Shown: positions 29,426-39,532, numbered from the stretch's first letter. The stretch: 64,000 nt of DNA from Vicinamibacteria bacterium (GCA_963422395.1 OY729431.1:320001-384000), one strand, 5' to 3'. Translations and numbers: made by a program. Notes: generated by a model from the sequence alone, not told the origin.

Positions 29426-32056
29426 ATGGCCGAAACGACGCTGCTGCTGGTGGATGGCAACAACCTGCTGTTCCGCTCTTTCTACGCCATGCCGCGGCTG
29501 ACCCGCTCGGACGGCCAGCCGAATGGCGCCCTGCACGGCTTCGCCGCCACCCTCAAGAAGATCCTCCGCGAGGAGGCGCCCCAGTTCGCCGCTGTCGCCT
29601 TCGACGCCCCCGGCCCCACTTTTCGTCACGAAGCGTTCTCGGAATACAAGGCGAACCGCCCCGAGATGCCCGCCGAGTTGGCGCGGCAGGTCCCTTTCAC
29701 TCGAGATCTTTCACGGGTGCTCGGGGTGGCGGTCCTCGAAGTCGCCGGCGTCGAGGCCGACGATGTCATCGGAACCCTCGCGCGCGCCGGGAGCGGCAGA
29801 GGGTACCGGGTGGTGATCGTCTCGGGGGACAAGGACCTGCTCCAGTTGGTGGACGACCGGGTCCTCGTCGTGCCCCCCGGTGATCCGGATGCCCGGCTCG
29901 ATACCGCCGCTGTCGAACGGAAATTGCAGGTGCCGCCCCGGATGGTGGCGGACTACCTGGGGCTGATCGGCGATGCGGTGGACAACATCCCCGGAGTCCC
30001 CGGGATCGGGCCCAAGACCGCCGCCGGCCTCATCGCCTCTTTCGGCGGGATCGAGGAAATCCTCGCCCGCACTGGAGAGATCGCCCGCAAGCGCATCGCG
30101 GCGCTCCTCGTCGAACACGCGGCCGCGGCGCGGATGTCCCGCGACCTCGCCGTCCTCCGGCTCGATGTCCCGGTAGCAGGCGCCGGGGAGGGGCTGGAAG
30201 GTCTTCGCTATCGGGGGCATCGAATCGAGGAGGCGCGCAGTTTCTTCGAGCAACACGAGCTTCGCACCCACGCGCGCGAACTGGCGCCGGCGGCGCCGGC
30301 GCGGCTGCCGCGGTCGATCCCCGCCGCCGGGGCGGCCGAAGCAGTGGCCCGCGTCGTCGCGGATGCGAGCGAAGGCGGCGCCCTCTCGCTGCACGCCGGG
30401 TTCGCCCCGCGCAAGGGCCGCGAGGCCGCGCCGCTCGCCGCCCTCGGACTCGCTTCTGCGGAAGCGGAGGGCGTGCTGGTGGCCGTCGGCCCCGAGACTT
30501 CGGAGAGCCGGGTGATCGAGGCCCTGGAGCCCGTGTTCACCGCCTCCGGAGGCCTCATCGGTCACGGCCTCGGGCCGCTCGTCCGCTGGTGGATCGAGCA
30601 CGGCGGCGAGGCGCCGCAGGTACGCCACGATTCGCAGATCGCGGCGTACCTGCTGAACACCACCCGTCGAGCGCAAGGGTTCGCCGAAGTTCTCCGGGAC
30701 TACACCGGCCTCGCATTTCCCGAATCGCCCTCGGGGCAGCAGAGGCTGTTCGGAGGAGCACCGCCCGCCGAGAGTCTGGCGATCTCGGCGGCGTGGCAGC
30801 ATACCCTGCGGGACGCTCTGGAGCCGCTGCTGGATCGCCAAGGATTGCGGCGGATCTTTTCGGATATCGAGATGCCGCTGCTGCCGATTCTCGCGGCGAT
30901 CGAAAGCCGCGGTATCTGTCTCGACGGCGGCGCGCTTCGCCGGCTCGGCAGCGATCTCGACCGGCGCCTTTCCGACCTGGCATCCCGGATCCACGAGTTG
31001 GCAGGCGCCCCCTTCGATATCCAGAGCCCGAAACAGCTCGGGGAGATCCTCTTCGACAAGCTGCAGCTGCCGCTGACCTCGAGAACCCGGAAGCTGCGGC
31101 AGGCATCGACCCGCGCCGCGGTTCTCGAAGAACTGGCCCTCCACCACGAAATGCCCCGCCTGGTGCTGGAGTACCGCGAGCTCGCCAAGTTGAAGAGCAC
31201 CTATGTGGACCCGCTGCCGGAACTGGTGTCGGAGACCACCGGCCGCTTGCACACCCGGCTCCATCAGGCGGTGGCCTCGACCGGACGCTTGTCGAGTTCC
31301 GATCCCAATCTGCAGAACATCCCGGTTCGCAGCGAACTGGGAAAGTGGGTGCGGTCCGCTTTCGTCGCCGCGCCGGGGAAGCGGCTCATCTCCGCGGACT
31401 ATTCTCAGATCGAGCTGCGCATCCTCGCGCACCTGAGCGGCGATCCGGCCCTCCTCGAGGCGTTCCGCCGCGGGGAAGACATCCACGCCCGTACCGCCGA
31501 GGAGGTCTTCGGCGGGTTAGGCCTGATCCCGGCCGAGGCCCGGAGGCGTGCCAAGATCGTCAACTTCTCGATCCTCTACGGAAAGACGGCGTTCACTCTG
31601 GCGAAGGAGATCGGCGTCTCGACCCGCGAAGCGCGGCAGTTCATCGAGGCGTATTTCGAGCGCTATTCCCGGGTCCGGGAACTGATCGAAACCATCAAGA
31701 GCGAGGCGCGGGAATCCGGCAGGGTCACCACCCTGTTCGGGAGACAACGGCACCTTCCCGAAATTCGCGCCACCCAGCGGGCGCGGCGCGAAGCGGCCGA
31801 GCGGATGGCGGTGAACGCTCCGATCCAGGGGGCTGCCGCCGATCTCATCAAGATCGCCATGCTCGGGGTGGAACGGACACTCGAGCCCACCTCGGGCGTA
31901 CTCCTGCTCCAGGTCCACGACGAACTCCTCGTCGAGGCCGACGCCGACGAAGCGGAAACGGTCGGCGAGCTCGTCCGCGCCGAGATGGAATCCGCCGCCG
32001 CGCTCCGGGTGCCGCTCGCCGCAGAAGTCGCCATCTCCGACTGCTGGGAACACTGA
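29426..32056 (+). CDS. polA: DNA polymerase I
   Basis: 5'-3' exonuclease (LLVDG, EADDVIG, GDKD) and polymerase motifs (TGRLSS, DYSQIELR, QVHDEL); 3'-5' exonuclease motifs degenerate. Confidence 0.97.
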   Translation: MAETTLLLVDGNNLLFRSFYAMPRLTRSDGQPNGALHGFAATLKKILREEAPQFAAVAFDAPGPTFRHEAFSEYKANRPEMPAELARQVPFTRDLSRVLGVAVLEVAGVEADDVIGTLARAGSGRGYRVVIVSGDKDLLQLVDDRVLVVPPGDPDARLDTAAVERKLQVPPRMVADYLGLIGDAVDNIPGVPGIGPKTAAGLIASFGGIEEILARTGEIARKRIAALLVEHAAAARMSRDLAVLRLDVPVAGAGEGLEGLRYRGHRIEEARSFFEQHELRTHARELAPAAPARLPRSIPAAGAAEAVARVVADASEGGALSLHAGFAPRKGREAAPLAALGLASAEAEGVLVAVGPETSESRVIEALEPVFTASGGLIGHGLGPLVRWWIEHGGEAPQVRHDSQIAAYLLNTTRRAQGFAEVLRDYTGLAFPESPSGQQRLFGGAPPAESLAISAAWQHTLRDALEPLLDRQGLRRIFSDIEMPLLPILAAIESRGICLDGGALRRLGSDLDRRLSDLASRIHELAGAPFDIQSPKQLGEILFDKLQLPLTSRTRKLRQASTRAAVLEELALHHEMPRLVLEYRELAKLKSTYVDPLPELVSETTGRLHTRLHQAVASTGRLSSSDPNLQNIPVRSELGKWVRSAFVAAPGKRLISADYSQIELRILAHLSGDPALLEAFRRGEDIHARTAEEVFGGLGLIPAEARRRAKIVNFSILYGKTAFTLAKEIGVSTREARQFIEAYFERYSRVRELIETIKSEARESGRVTTLFGRQRHLPEIRATQRARREAAERMAVNAPIQGAAADLIKIAMLGVERTLEPTSGVLLLQVHDELLVEADADEAETVGELVRAEMESAAALRVPLAAEVAISDCWEH

Positions 32057-32121
32057 TCCCGCCGCGAAGCTCGGACCCGAGCCGGGGGTACGCTCCCGGA
32101 ACCAGCCAAGACGGCGCCCCC

Positions 32122-33387
32122 ATGATTCGACGCATTCAGGCCCTGAACTACCGCTGCCTCCGGTATGTGGATTTGGAACTGGATCGGTTCCACCTCGCGG
32201 TGGGCCCCAACGCGAGCGGCAAGAGCACGCTCTTCGATGGGGTCGCGTTCCTCGGGGACTTGGTGCGCGACGGAGTGGATGCCGCGGTCGAGAAGCGGAC
32301 CCGGAACTTCCAGGACCTGGTGTGGGGCCGTCCCGACCACGATCTCCGCTTCGAACTGGCGGTCGAGTTCGAAATCCCGGACGAGATTCGGAAAACGCTG
32401 CCCAGAGATCGCGGGTTTCGGCTCTTTCGGTACGAAGTCGCGGTCGAAGAACGCGACCGGGAAGTGCGGATCGACTCCGAACGGGGCCTCCTGATCAGCA
32501 AATCGCGCGACCTCGAGCCGCAGCCGCGTTCGCTGTTCCCCTCGCCGCCGCCGCCGGCGGCGTCGATTCTCCTGGGTGGAGGAAAACACGGATCCCGAAC
32601 CATCCTGAGCAAATCGCGCGGAGGGCGGGACAACTTCAACATCGAGGTTTCCCCGGAGTCCGGGAAGGGCTGGGCGGTCAGCGTGTCCTTCGGTCCCCAC
32701 CGATCGGCTCTCGGAAACCTGCCGGAATCCCAGCAGAAGTTCCCCGCCGCGACTTATGCCAAGCGCATCTTGACGGAGGGAGTGAAGCCGCTGTTCCTGG
32801 ATGCCGAGAGGATGCGGGCGGCGAGTCCTCCGGGTCAGCGGCTGGGCGGTTTCGCTCTCGACGGCTCGAATCTGCCGTGGGCCGTCCAGTCGCTCCGGGA
32901 GGAGCATCCGAAGGACTACGAGGAGTGGATGGCCCATGTCCGGACGGCGCTCCAGGATCTGAAAGAGGTGTCGGTGATCGAACGCGAGGACGACCGGCAC
33001 GCCTATCTCACCCTCGCCTACCAGAGCGGGTTGACGGTCCCCTCATGGGCCGCGTCCGACGGCACGATGCGATTCCTGGCCCTCACCCTGCTCGGGTATC
33101 TGCCGTCTTCCGGCGTCTATCTCATCGAGGAGCCGGAAAATGGACTCCATCCCTTCGCTCTCGATGCGGTGTACGGCGCGCTTTCCTCGGTCCCGGATTC
33201 TCAGGTCCTGTCGGCGACCCACTCGCCGGCGTTCCTGAAGTTGGCCGCCCCCGAGGAGGCTCTGTGCTTCGCCAAGAACGCCGAGGGGGCCACCGACATC
33301 GTGCGGGGCGACCGGCATCCCCACCTGAGGGACTGGAAGGAAAAGGCCGACATGGATCTTCTCTTCGCCACCGGCGTGATCGGCTGA
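32122..33387 (+). CDS. ABC/AAA_21 ATPase, MAD3-like (methylation-associated defence system)
   Basis: MIRRIQALNYRCLRYV, Walker A GPNASGKS, SDGT signature, IEEPENGLHP and ATHSP; followed by a MAD4-like ORF. Confidence 0.8.
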   Translation: MIRRIQALNYRCLRYVDLELDRFHLAVGPNASGKSTLFDGVAFLGDLVRDGVDAAVEKRTRNFQDLVWGRPDHDLRFELAVEFEIPDEIRKTLPRDRGFRLFRYEVAVEERDREVRIDSERGLLISKSRDLEPQPRSLFPSPPPPAASILLGGGKHGSRTILSKSRGGRDNFNIEVSPESGKGWAVSVSFGPHRSALGNLPESQQKFPAATYAKRILTEGVKPLFLDAERMRAASPPGQRLGGFALDGSNLPWAVQSLREEHPKDYEEWMAHVRTALQDLKEVSVIEREDDRHAYLTLAYQSGLTVPSWAASDGTMRFLALTLLGYLPSSGVYLIEEPENGLHPFALDAVYGALSSVPDSQVLSATHSPAFLKLAAPEEALCFAKNAEGATDIVRGDRHPHLRDWKEKADMDLLFATGVIG

Positions 33388-33406
33388 TCGGCCGGTGGAC
33401 CGGGCG

Positions 33407-33547
33407 ATGCGGTCCGAAACCCGGAATCTGATCGTGCTGGTTCCCGATGCGGACATCGAGCAGACGATTCGCGGCCTGCTTTCGAGAACGGACTTCGGAT
33501 TTCGTCCCATCCCCCATGAGGTGAGGCGCCATCCCGGCCGGTTCTGA
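33407..33547 (+). pseudogene. Truncated MAD4-like protein (46 aa)
   Basis: MRSETRNLIVLVPDADIEQTIRGLLSRTDFGFRPIPHEVRRHPGRF*, ending at the convergent CoA-transferase gene. Confidence 0.6.
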
Positions 33548-33548
33548 G

Positions 33549-34325
33549 TCAGCCGCTGCCCAGATAGATCCCCTGTGGGTCGAGGTCTTCGCGGAGCAGG
33601 CGGAGCGTCTCGGCATCGGGCGCATCGGTTTCGCCGAGCGGGGACGCGGTGCGCAGGTTCCAGCCGGTGTTCTCGCGCACCTGATCGAGGCTGATTCCCG
33701 GATGGAGGGATTCGAGGGTCATCTCGCGGCTCGAATCGTCGAATCCATACACTCCGAGGTCGGTGATGACGCGCGACGGGCCGCCTCCCGGAGCGCCCAT
33801 CGCTTCGCGGCTTCGCCCTCCTTCGGCCCAGCCGACGGTGGTGCGGAAGTCCAGCCGTTCGACGAACCTCCGCCGGTCCTGGCGGACGATGATCACCGTG
33901 CGCCTCGCATTCCAGGCGATGTCCGGCGCGCCCCCGGCGCCTGGCAGCCGCACTCGCGGGCGGTCGTACTCCGCCCCGACCACGGTGGTGTTCAGATTCC
34001 CGAAACGGTCGATCTGCGCCGCCCCGAGGAAGCCCAGATCGGTTCGGCCGCCCTGGAGGAAGTAGAGGAAGGTCTCGGTCATCGGGAGAATCTGAGCGGA
34101 CCCGGAGACGAGACAGGGATCACCGATGGAGATCGGGAGCCGGGCCGGACGCGCTCCGAACACTCCGGATTCGTAGATGAGATGCGCGCGGGGAGCGTGG
34201 GTCCGGCGCGCGAGCTGCACCGCGAGGTTCGGGAGTCCGATGCCGACGAACACGCAGGCTCGGTCGTGCACTTCGCGGGAAGCGGCGAAGACCATCCTCT
34301 CCGCCCGGGTGGGTCCCCGACTCAC
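33549..34325 (-). CDS. CoA-transferase beta subunit (GctB/PcaJ-like)
   Basis: FVGIGLP, IYESG, GAAQIDRFGNLNTT, LPGAGG. Confidence 0.9.
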   Translation of the reverse strand: MSRGPTRAERMVFAASREVHDRACVFVGIGLPNLAVQLARRTHAPRAHLIYESGVFGARPARLPISIGDPCLVSGSAQILPMTETFLYFLQGGRTDLGFLGAAQIDRFGNLNTTVVGAEYDRPRVRLPGAGGAPDIAWNARRTVIIVRQDRRRFVERLDFRTTVGWAEGGRSREAMGAPGGGPSRVITDLGVYGFDDSSREMTLESLHPGISLDQVRENTGWNLRTASPLGETDAPDAETLRLLREDLDPQGIYLGSG

Positions 34326-35218
34326 CGGTAATCTCCGTAGTCCACCGGCCCCGCGAGTCGGCGGCCGGGACGAAGTCGTTTTCGGGTCTCGTTCGGAAGC
34401 CGCGCGAGATACGCGGCCCGGTCCGCGAGTCCGTGGACCCATTCCTCGAGGTAGCGGTCGAGTTCGGCGGGATCGCGGGTGATGCGGTCCCAGGCGAGAT
34501 AGGCGTCGTTGTCCCGGTCGTAGTACCCCTGCGCGAAGCTCGGATGGGCGCCGAACGGCTCCTCCACCACCGCATCCACGATCGTGCCGGGGATCTGGGT
34601 GCGGTTGGGATCGGCCCGCACCACGCTATCCGCCACGATTTCCTCGACCACCACGATCACCTTGCGGGCGGCGAAGGCGGCTTCCTTCTGCGCGCCCAGC
34701 AGCCCCCAGATCTGGGTGTTGCCTTCCCGGTCGGCCCGTTGCGCGTGCAGCAAGGCGACATCGGCAGGGAGTGCCGACACCGCGTCGAGCCGTTCGCCGG
34801 TGAAGGGGCAGGACACCTCACGGAGGTTCGGGTTCACCCGGGGCAGGTCGGTGCCTCGGTAGCCGCGGAGCGGGAAGAAAGGGAGCCCCGAGGCAGCCGC
34901 CTGGTAACGGCAGAGGAGGCCGAAGTGGGAGTACTCCTCGATTTCGAGCGGCGCCGGCGAGCCCCGCTCCACCGCGCGGCGGACTGCGTGGAGCGAGCCG
35001 ACTCCCGGGTTGCCGAGCCAGCCGAAAATCAGCTTCCGCGCAGTTCCGGCACTCACCATCTGGTCCATGAGGAGATCGGGCGTCAGCCGGACGAGAGTGA
35101 GGCCGCGGCGGCGCTGCCGGATGATCTCGTGCCCGGCAGCGAAGGGGATCAGGTGGGTGAATCCTTCCAGCACCACCGTGTCTCCGTCCCGGACGAAGCG
35201 ATCCACGGCCTCGCGCAT
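34322..35218 (-). CDS. CoA-transferase alpha subunit (GctA/PcaI-like)
   Basis: EGFTHLIPFAAGHEIIRQ, GNPGVGSL, HAQRADREGN. Confidence 0.9.
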   Translation of the reverse strand: MREAVDRFVRDGDTVVLEGFTHLIPFAAGHEIIRQRRRGLTLVRLTPDLLMDQMVSAGTARKLIFGWLGNPGVGSLHAVRRAVERGSPAPLEIEEYSHFGLLCRYQAAASGLPFFPLRGYRGTDLPRVNPNLREVSCPFTGERLDAVSALPADVALLHAQRADREGNTQIWGLLGAQKEAAFAARKVIVVVEEIVADSVVRADPNRTQIPGTIVDAVVEEPFGAHPSFAQGYYDRDNDAYLAWDRITRDPAELDRYLEEWVHGLADRAAYLARLPNETRKRLRPGRRLAGPVDYGDYR

Positions 35219-35346
35219 GGTGAGGATCTTGGAGTCGGACAGGATCGAGAGCCTCTTCGAGGTGAAGGATTATCGGCGAGCGCAGGGGAGCGGCATGTGC
35301 TTTGGCCCGCTCCATCGCATGAGCAGCGTCCAGATGGAGCAGACGG

Positions 35347-36684
35347 CTATGGAGCCGGAGCCAGCCCCTGCAGGGCGGCGAGGAATCGTCGGCCGATTTC
35401 GACGATCTCCCCTCGGGTGACGGTGAGGGGAGGGGCGAGGAGAACGAGGTCCCCCTGTTGTCTGCCGGAAACGCCGACCGGATAGACGAGGAGGCCTTCT
35501 TCCCATGCTGCCGCGGCGAGACCGCGGGCGCTGACGCCGCCGCTCTCCGGTGGGCGGAGCGCAACCCCCGCCAGCAGGCCGCGCCCCCAGACCCCTTCGA
35601 CCGGAGCGAGGCCGGCGAGCGGCCGCAGCGCGTTCTGCATGTCTTCTTCGAGCGCTGCTGCGCGGCCCACCAGTTTCTCTTCCTCGATCAGTCGGAGCAC
35701 TTCCCCGACGACTGCTGCCGCCACTGGATGGTGCGAGAAGGTGAATCCGTGCCGAAATACCGGCGCGGCGGCTTCCACGACTTCCGCCTTGGCGACCACG
35801 GCGCCGCCGGGCAGGAATCCGGAGGTGAGCCCCTTGCCCAGCACCACCAGGTCCGCCGCAACACCGGCGTACTCCGAGGCGAGAAAGCGTCCGGTCCGGC
35901 CGCAGCCGGTCAGCACCTCGTCGGCGATGAGCAGCAGACCCCGCTCGTCGGCAGTGCGGCGAAGACGCCGCAGGTATTCCTCGGGCGGAGCGAATCCGCC
36001 CGCCGAGGCGCCCAGAATCGGCTCCACGAGGATCGCGGCGACGGTTTCCCCGGATTCGTCGAGCAACCGCTGTACTTCGTCGGCGCATGCGACTTCGCAT
36101 CCCGGAAAGGTGCGCTGCAAGGGGCAGCGGGGACACCACGGCGCCGGCACCAGCGGCATTTCGGCGAGCAGCGGGGCGTACGGAGTCCGGAGCGCCGCCC
36201 GGCCGGAAACGGCGAGCGCGCCCAAGGTGTTGCCGTGGTATCCGGGAGTTTGCGAGATGACCCGAAACCGCTCCGGATGGTCCGTCGCCACTGCGTGCGC
36301 GCGAGCCAGCTTGATCGCGGTTTCGACTGCTTCCGTCCCCCCGGGCGTCAGATAGACCTTGGCGTCCCGATAGCCGGACGGAAGGGCGCGGACCAGCCGC
36401 GCTGCTGCGTCTTCCATGGCGAGGGTGGTGAACTGGGTTCCGTGGACATAGGCGGCCGCTTCGAGCTGGGCGGCCGCTGCCCGGGCCACCTCCCGCCGGC
36501 CGTGGCCGACGCTGATCGCGAGGGCGCCGCCGCAGGCGTCGAGCCAGCGGCTTCCATCCGGGGTCTCGATCCAGCTGCCTTCGGCGCGTGCTGCGACGCG
36601 GTAATCGCGCTCGAGATCACGATAGAAGACCGGGCTTTCGGGGTAGCGGAGGGGAGAGGAGCCGCCGGGTTCGTGCCCCGGCAT
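35347..36684 (-). CDS. Class III PLP-dependent aminotransferase
   Basis: GGTEAVE, YHGNT, ADEVLTGCGRTG, GKG, HGFTF. Confidence 0.9.
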   Translation of the reverse strand: MPGHEPGGSSPLRYPESPVFYRDLERDYRVAARAEGSWIETPDGSRWLDACGGALAISVGHGRREVARAAAAQLEAAAYVHGTQFTTLAMEDAAARLVRALPSGYRDAKVYLTPGGTEAVETAIKLARAHAVATDHPERFRVISQTPGYHGNTLGALAVSGRAALRTPYAPLLAEMPLVPAPWCPRCPLQRTFPGCEVACADEVQRLLDESGETVAAILVEPILGASAGGFAPPEEYLRRLRRTADERGLLLIADEVLTGCGRTGRFLASEYAGVAADLVVLGKGLTSGFLPGGAVVAKAEVVEAAAPVFRHGFTFSHHPVAAAVVGEVLRLIEEEKLVGRAAALEEDMQNALRPLAGLAPVEGVWGRGLLAGVALRPPESGGVSARGLAAAAWEEGLLVYPVGVSGRQQGDLVLLAPPLTVTRGEIVEIGRRFLAALQGLAPAP

Positions 36685-36690
36685 CTCCTG

Positions 36691-37365
36691 TCAGCAGCCT
36701 CTCCCGGTTTCGCTCGCGGCGGCCTTTCCCGCAAGCGCCCCGGGCAGTTCCCCGATGCCGCGGAGCAGGAAGTCCGGCTCTGCCGTGCGCAGCATCGCCT
36801 GGCCGCTGAAGCGGCTGACCACGGCAGCGGTCAGTGTCCCGGCCTGTTTCCCCATCGCCACATCCTCTGGCCGGTCGCCTGCATAGAGTGCCTCGGAAGA
36901 CTTCATCCCGAGGCGGCCGAGTGCGAGCAGCAGGGCTTCCGGGTGGGGTTTCTTGCGGCGGGCATCTTCGAAGGCCACTACGGCCCCGAATCTGCCGCTG
37001 AGCCCGCAGCGGTCGAGATCTTCGAGAAAGCGATCCCGGTCCGCGGTGGTCACCACGCCGAGCCGCGCGCCGGCCTCCGCAAGAGTCGTCAACACTGCGA
37101 GCGCTCCCGGAAAGAGGGCTACCTCCCGGCTTCGCTCGTCGTATTTCTTTCGCCACAACGCTCCCGCTTCCGTCCAGCGGTCTTCGGGAATACCGAGCTG
37201 ACGGTAGGTCTCGTGCCAGTCCGGGCGGTAGGTGCTGCGATAGAGCTCCTCGTCCATCGCGATGCCGAAGTGCCGGAACACCGCGAGCGAGGCGTGCTGG
37301 ATCACCGCGAAGCTGTCCGCGAGCGTCCCGTCCCAATCGAAGAGGAAGGCGGAAGGAGAAGGCAA
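36691..37365 (-). CDS. HAD-IA family hydrolase (phosphoglycolate phosphatase-like)
   Basis: FDWDGTL, KPHP, GDRPED. Confidence 0.88.
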   Translation of the reverse strand: MPSPSAFLFDWDGTLADSFAVIQHASLAVFRHFGIAMDEELYRSTYRPDWHETYRQLGIPEDRWTEAGALWRKKYDERSREVALFPGALAVLTTLAEAGARLGVVTTADRDRFLEDLDRCGLSGRFGAVVAFEDARRKKPHPEALLLALGRLGMKSSEALYAGDRPEDVAMGKQAGTLTAAVVSRFSGQAMLRTAEPDFLLRGIGELPGALAGKAAASETGRGC

Positions 37366-37467
37366 AGGGACCGGGCAGCGCAGCGCGGCTTCACGCTGGA
37401 TCGAAGCGTACCGCCGGAAACCGCACTGCGAGCGGGAATTCGACTGCTGCCGACTAGAATGTGCCCG

Positions 37468-38034
37468 ATGATGGATTGCCGTGCTTCTTCGCTGGATACC
37501 GGGGTCCCCGCGATCGGGCGTCTCGAATTGCTGAGCACCAGTCACGGACTGGCCGCGGTCCTGTTCTGCGGCAGCCGGCGTTCGCCGGCCGCCGAGCGGT
37601 GGCTGGAACGCGAAGTTCGTTCGCTCGTTCCCGCGCCCCCGGGGGAACACGAACGCTTCAGTCGTCAGATTCTCGATTTCCTCGTTGGGGAGCGCCGCGA
37701 GTTCCAGTTCCCGATCCACCGGACCGGCACCCCGTTCCAGCGCGCCGTCCTCGACGCGGTGGCGCGGGTCCCCTACGGCAGCCGCGCCAGCTACGGGGAA
37801 ATCGCCCGCGCCGTCGGGAATCCGGCGGCGAGCCGCGCGGTGGGGGCGGCGAACGGCGCGAATCCGCTGCCGCTGGTCCTCCCCTGCCATCGGATCGTGG
37901 GTGCTTCGGCCGGTCCGATCGGGTCCGAATCGGTCGAATCCAAATCCAGATTGGTCGGGTACGGTGGGGGCCTCGACGCGAAGCGCTGGCTGCTGGCCAG
38001 GGAAGCGTCGGCGGCGCTGGCGCTCGCCTCGTGA
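37468..38034 (+). CDS. ogt: Methylated-DNA--protein-cysteine methyltransferase
   Basis: GTPFQ, PYG, SRAVG and active site PCHR. Confidence 0.9.
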   Translation: MMDCRASSLDTGVPAIGRLELLSTSHGLAAVLFCGSRRSPAAERWLEREVRSLVPAPPGEHERFSRQILDFLVGERREFQFPIHRTGTPFQRAVLDAVARVPYGSRASYGEIARAVGNPAASRAVGAANGANPLPLVLPCHRIVGASAGPIGSESVESKSRLVGYGGGLDAKRWLLAREASAALALAS

Positions 38035-38042
38035 GCGGAGAG

Positions 38043-38792
38043 ATGTCCGGGCGGCTCGTCAGCCGCGCAGAGAGGCCCTTCTCCGGATTCCAGGCCGCGA
38101 TTGCGGCGCTGCTGGCGTTCGGGCTGTGCGCTGGGTGCGGAGGAAGCGACTCTTCGGATACGACCGAAGTCGAATCTCCCGCCGAAGAAACCGGGGGAAG
38201 CCCCGGAGAAGAGGAAACGACTTCCAGCGAAATGACCGAAGCAACGAAAGACCCAACAGCAGACCCGGCAGACCTGGCGACACCCGGAGCGCCGGTCGTT
38301 CTGATGCGAACCACTCTCGGGGATCTCCGGATCGAGCTCTACCCGCAGGAGGCACCGGTGACGGTGGAGAACTTCCTGCGTTATGTGGAGGACGGACATT
38401 ACGACGGCACGATCTTCCACCGGGTCGTGCGCGGGTTCGTGATCCAGGGTGGGGGCTTCAGCGCGGAGATGGAAGAAAAGGAGACGCGCGATCCGGTCCT
38501 CAACGAGGCGCAGAACGGTCTTCGGAACCTCCGCGGCACCCTTTCCATGGCTCGCACTTCCGATCCGCACAGCGCGACCTCGCAGTTCTTCGTGAACACC
38601 ACGGACAACGCCATGCTCGACCACACCGGGACTTCGATGCGAGGTTGGGGCTATGCGGTCTTCGGCAAGGTGATCGCGGGGATGGAAGCTGTGGAGCGCA
38701 TCGAGGCGACTCCGGTGGTGAGCCGCGCGGGACACAACGATGTTCCCGAGACCCCGGTCGTCATCGAATCGGCTTCCGTCGTGTCGCGTTAG
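38043..38792 (+). CDS. Cyclophilin-type peptidyl-prolyl isomerase (lipoprotein)
   Basis: FHRVVRGFVIQGGG, MART, SATSQFF and GYAVFG; lipobox CAGC. Confidence 0.93.
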   Translation: MSGRLVSRAERPFSGFQAAIAALLAFGLCAGCGGSDSSDTTEVESPAEETGGSPGEEETTSSEMTEATKDPTADPADLATPGAPVVLMRTTLGDLRIELYPQEAPVTVENFLRYVEDGHYDGTIFHRVVRGFVIQGGGFSAEMEEKETRDPVLNEAQNGLRNLRGTLSMARTSDPHSATSQFFVNTTDNAMLDHTGTSMRGWGYAVFGKVIAGMEAVERIEATPVVSRAGHNDVPETPVVIESASVVSR

Positions 38793-38803
38793 GCGGGATC
38801 GCG

Positions 38804-39532
38804 TCAGGCGGGGCCGCACACCGCGAGCAGTACTTCCGGCCAGCCTCGCGCCTCCGCGAGGGGGTAGGGCGCATGGCGTGCCTCGCGTTCGGCGGGAAGC
38901 CGGACGATGTTCCGCAGTCCGTGCAGTCCCCGCGCCGCCGCCGGAGAGAGCCGGGCGAGAGCGGTGAGACTTCGCTGGTGTCCTTCGGAACACGGCGTCT
39001 GGCCGTACCACTCGATGGCGGCGAACTGCGAACGCAGCAACGCATCGAACTCCCGGAGCGAGTATTCCCGCTCGTGATAGGGGTTGTCCGGCCGATCCGC
39101 GATGGTTCGTCCGGGGCTCGTGACTTCGCGCTCCGGAGTGGAGCAGAGGAACATGCCTCCGGGCGCGAGCACTCGCCGCGCTTCCCGCACCACCCCGTGG
39201 TCGTCCCGCACATGTTCGATCGTCTCGAACGACACATAGAGATCGAAGCTGGCGTCCCGGAACGGGAGCCGCGCCGCGTCCGCGAGGACGCCGCGAATTG
39301 CACCGGCGCCCGACCCGGGAATCGCCGCCTCCCGGAAGGCGTCTGCCGAGCGGTCGGCGGACACCACCGAGCGCGCGCCGCCGGCGCGCAGCATCGCCGA
39401 TCCGTAGCCAGCCCCCGAAGCGAGGTCGAGCACGCGCTTCCCCCCGGCGCGGCCCGCTGCAAAGCGGTAGCGCGCTACATGCTGATGGCGGAGCCATGGG
39501 GAGGCGAAACGGTGGAGGGCGAGGCGTTCCAG
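38804..39532 (-). CDS. Class I SAM-dependent methyltransferase
   Basis: ER..HVARYRFA, VLDLASGAGYG, FETIEH and NPYH; start non-canonical or uncertain. Confidence 0.85.
   Translation of the reverse strand: MERLALHRFASPWLRHQHVARYRFAAGRAGGKRVLDLASGAGYGSAMLRAGGARSVVSADRSADAFREAAIPGSGAGAIRGVLADAARLPFRDASFDLYVSFETIEHVRDDHGVVREARRVLAPGGMFLCSTPEREVTSPGRTIADRPDNPYHEREYSLREFDALLRSQFAAIEWYGQTPCSEGHQRSLTALARLSPAAARGLHGLRNIVRLPAEREARHAPYPLAEARGWPEVLLAVCGPA

Noticed and set aside
33540-33550. Selenocysteine UGA readthrough in the MAD4-like ORF
   Set aside because: The sequence after TGA is the antisense of the CoA-transferase gene; no SECIS-like hairpin or continued homology was seen.
35458-37458. Long 5' extension of the ogt ORF (858 aa), and similar extensions on polA, the ATPase, dapF and the PQQ dehydrogenase
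   Set aside because: Stop-poor high-GC frames overlapping real genes; true starts are downstream.
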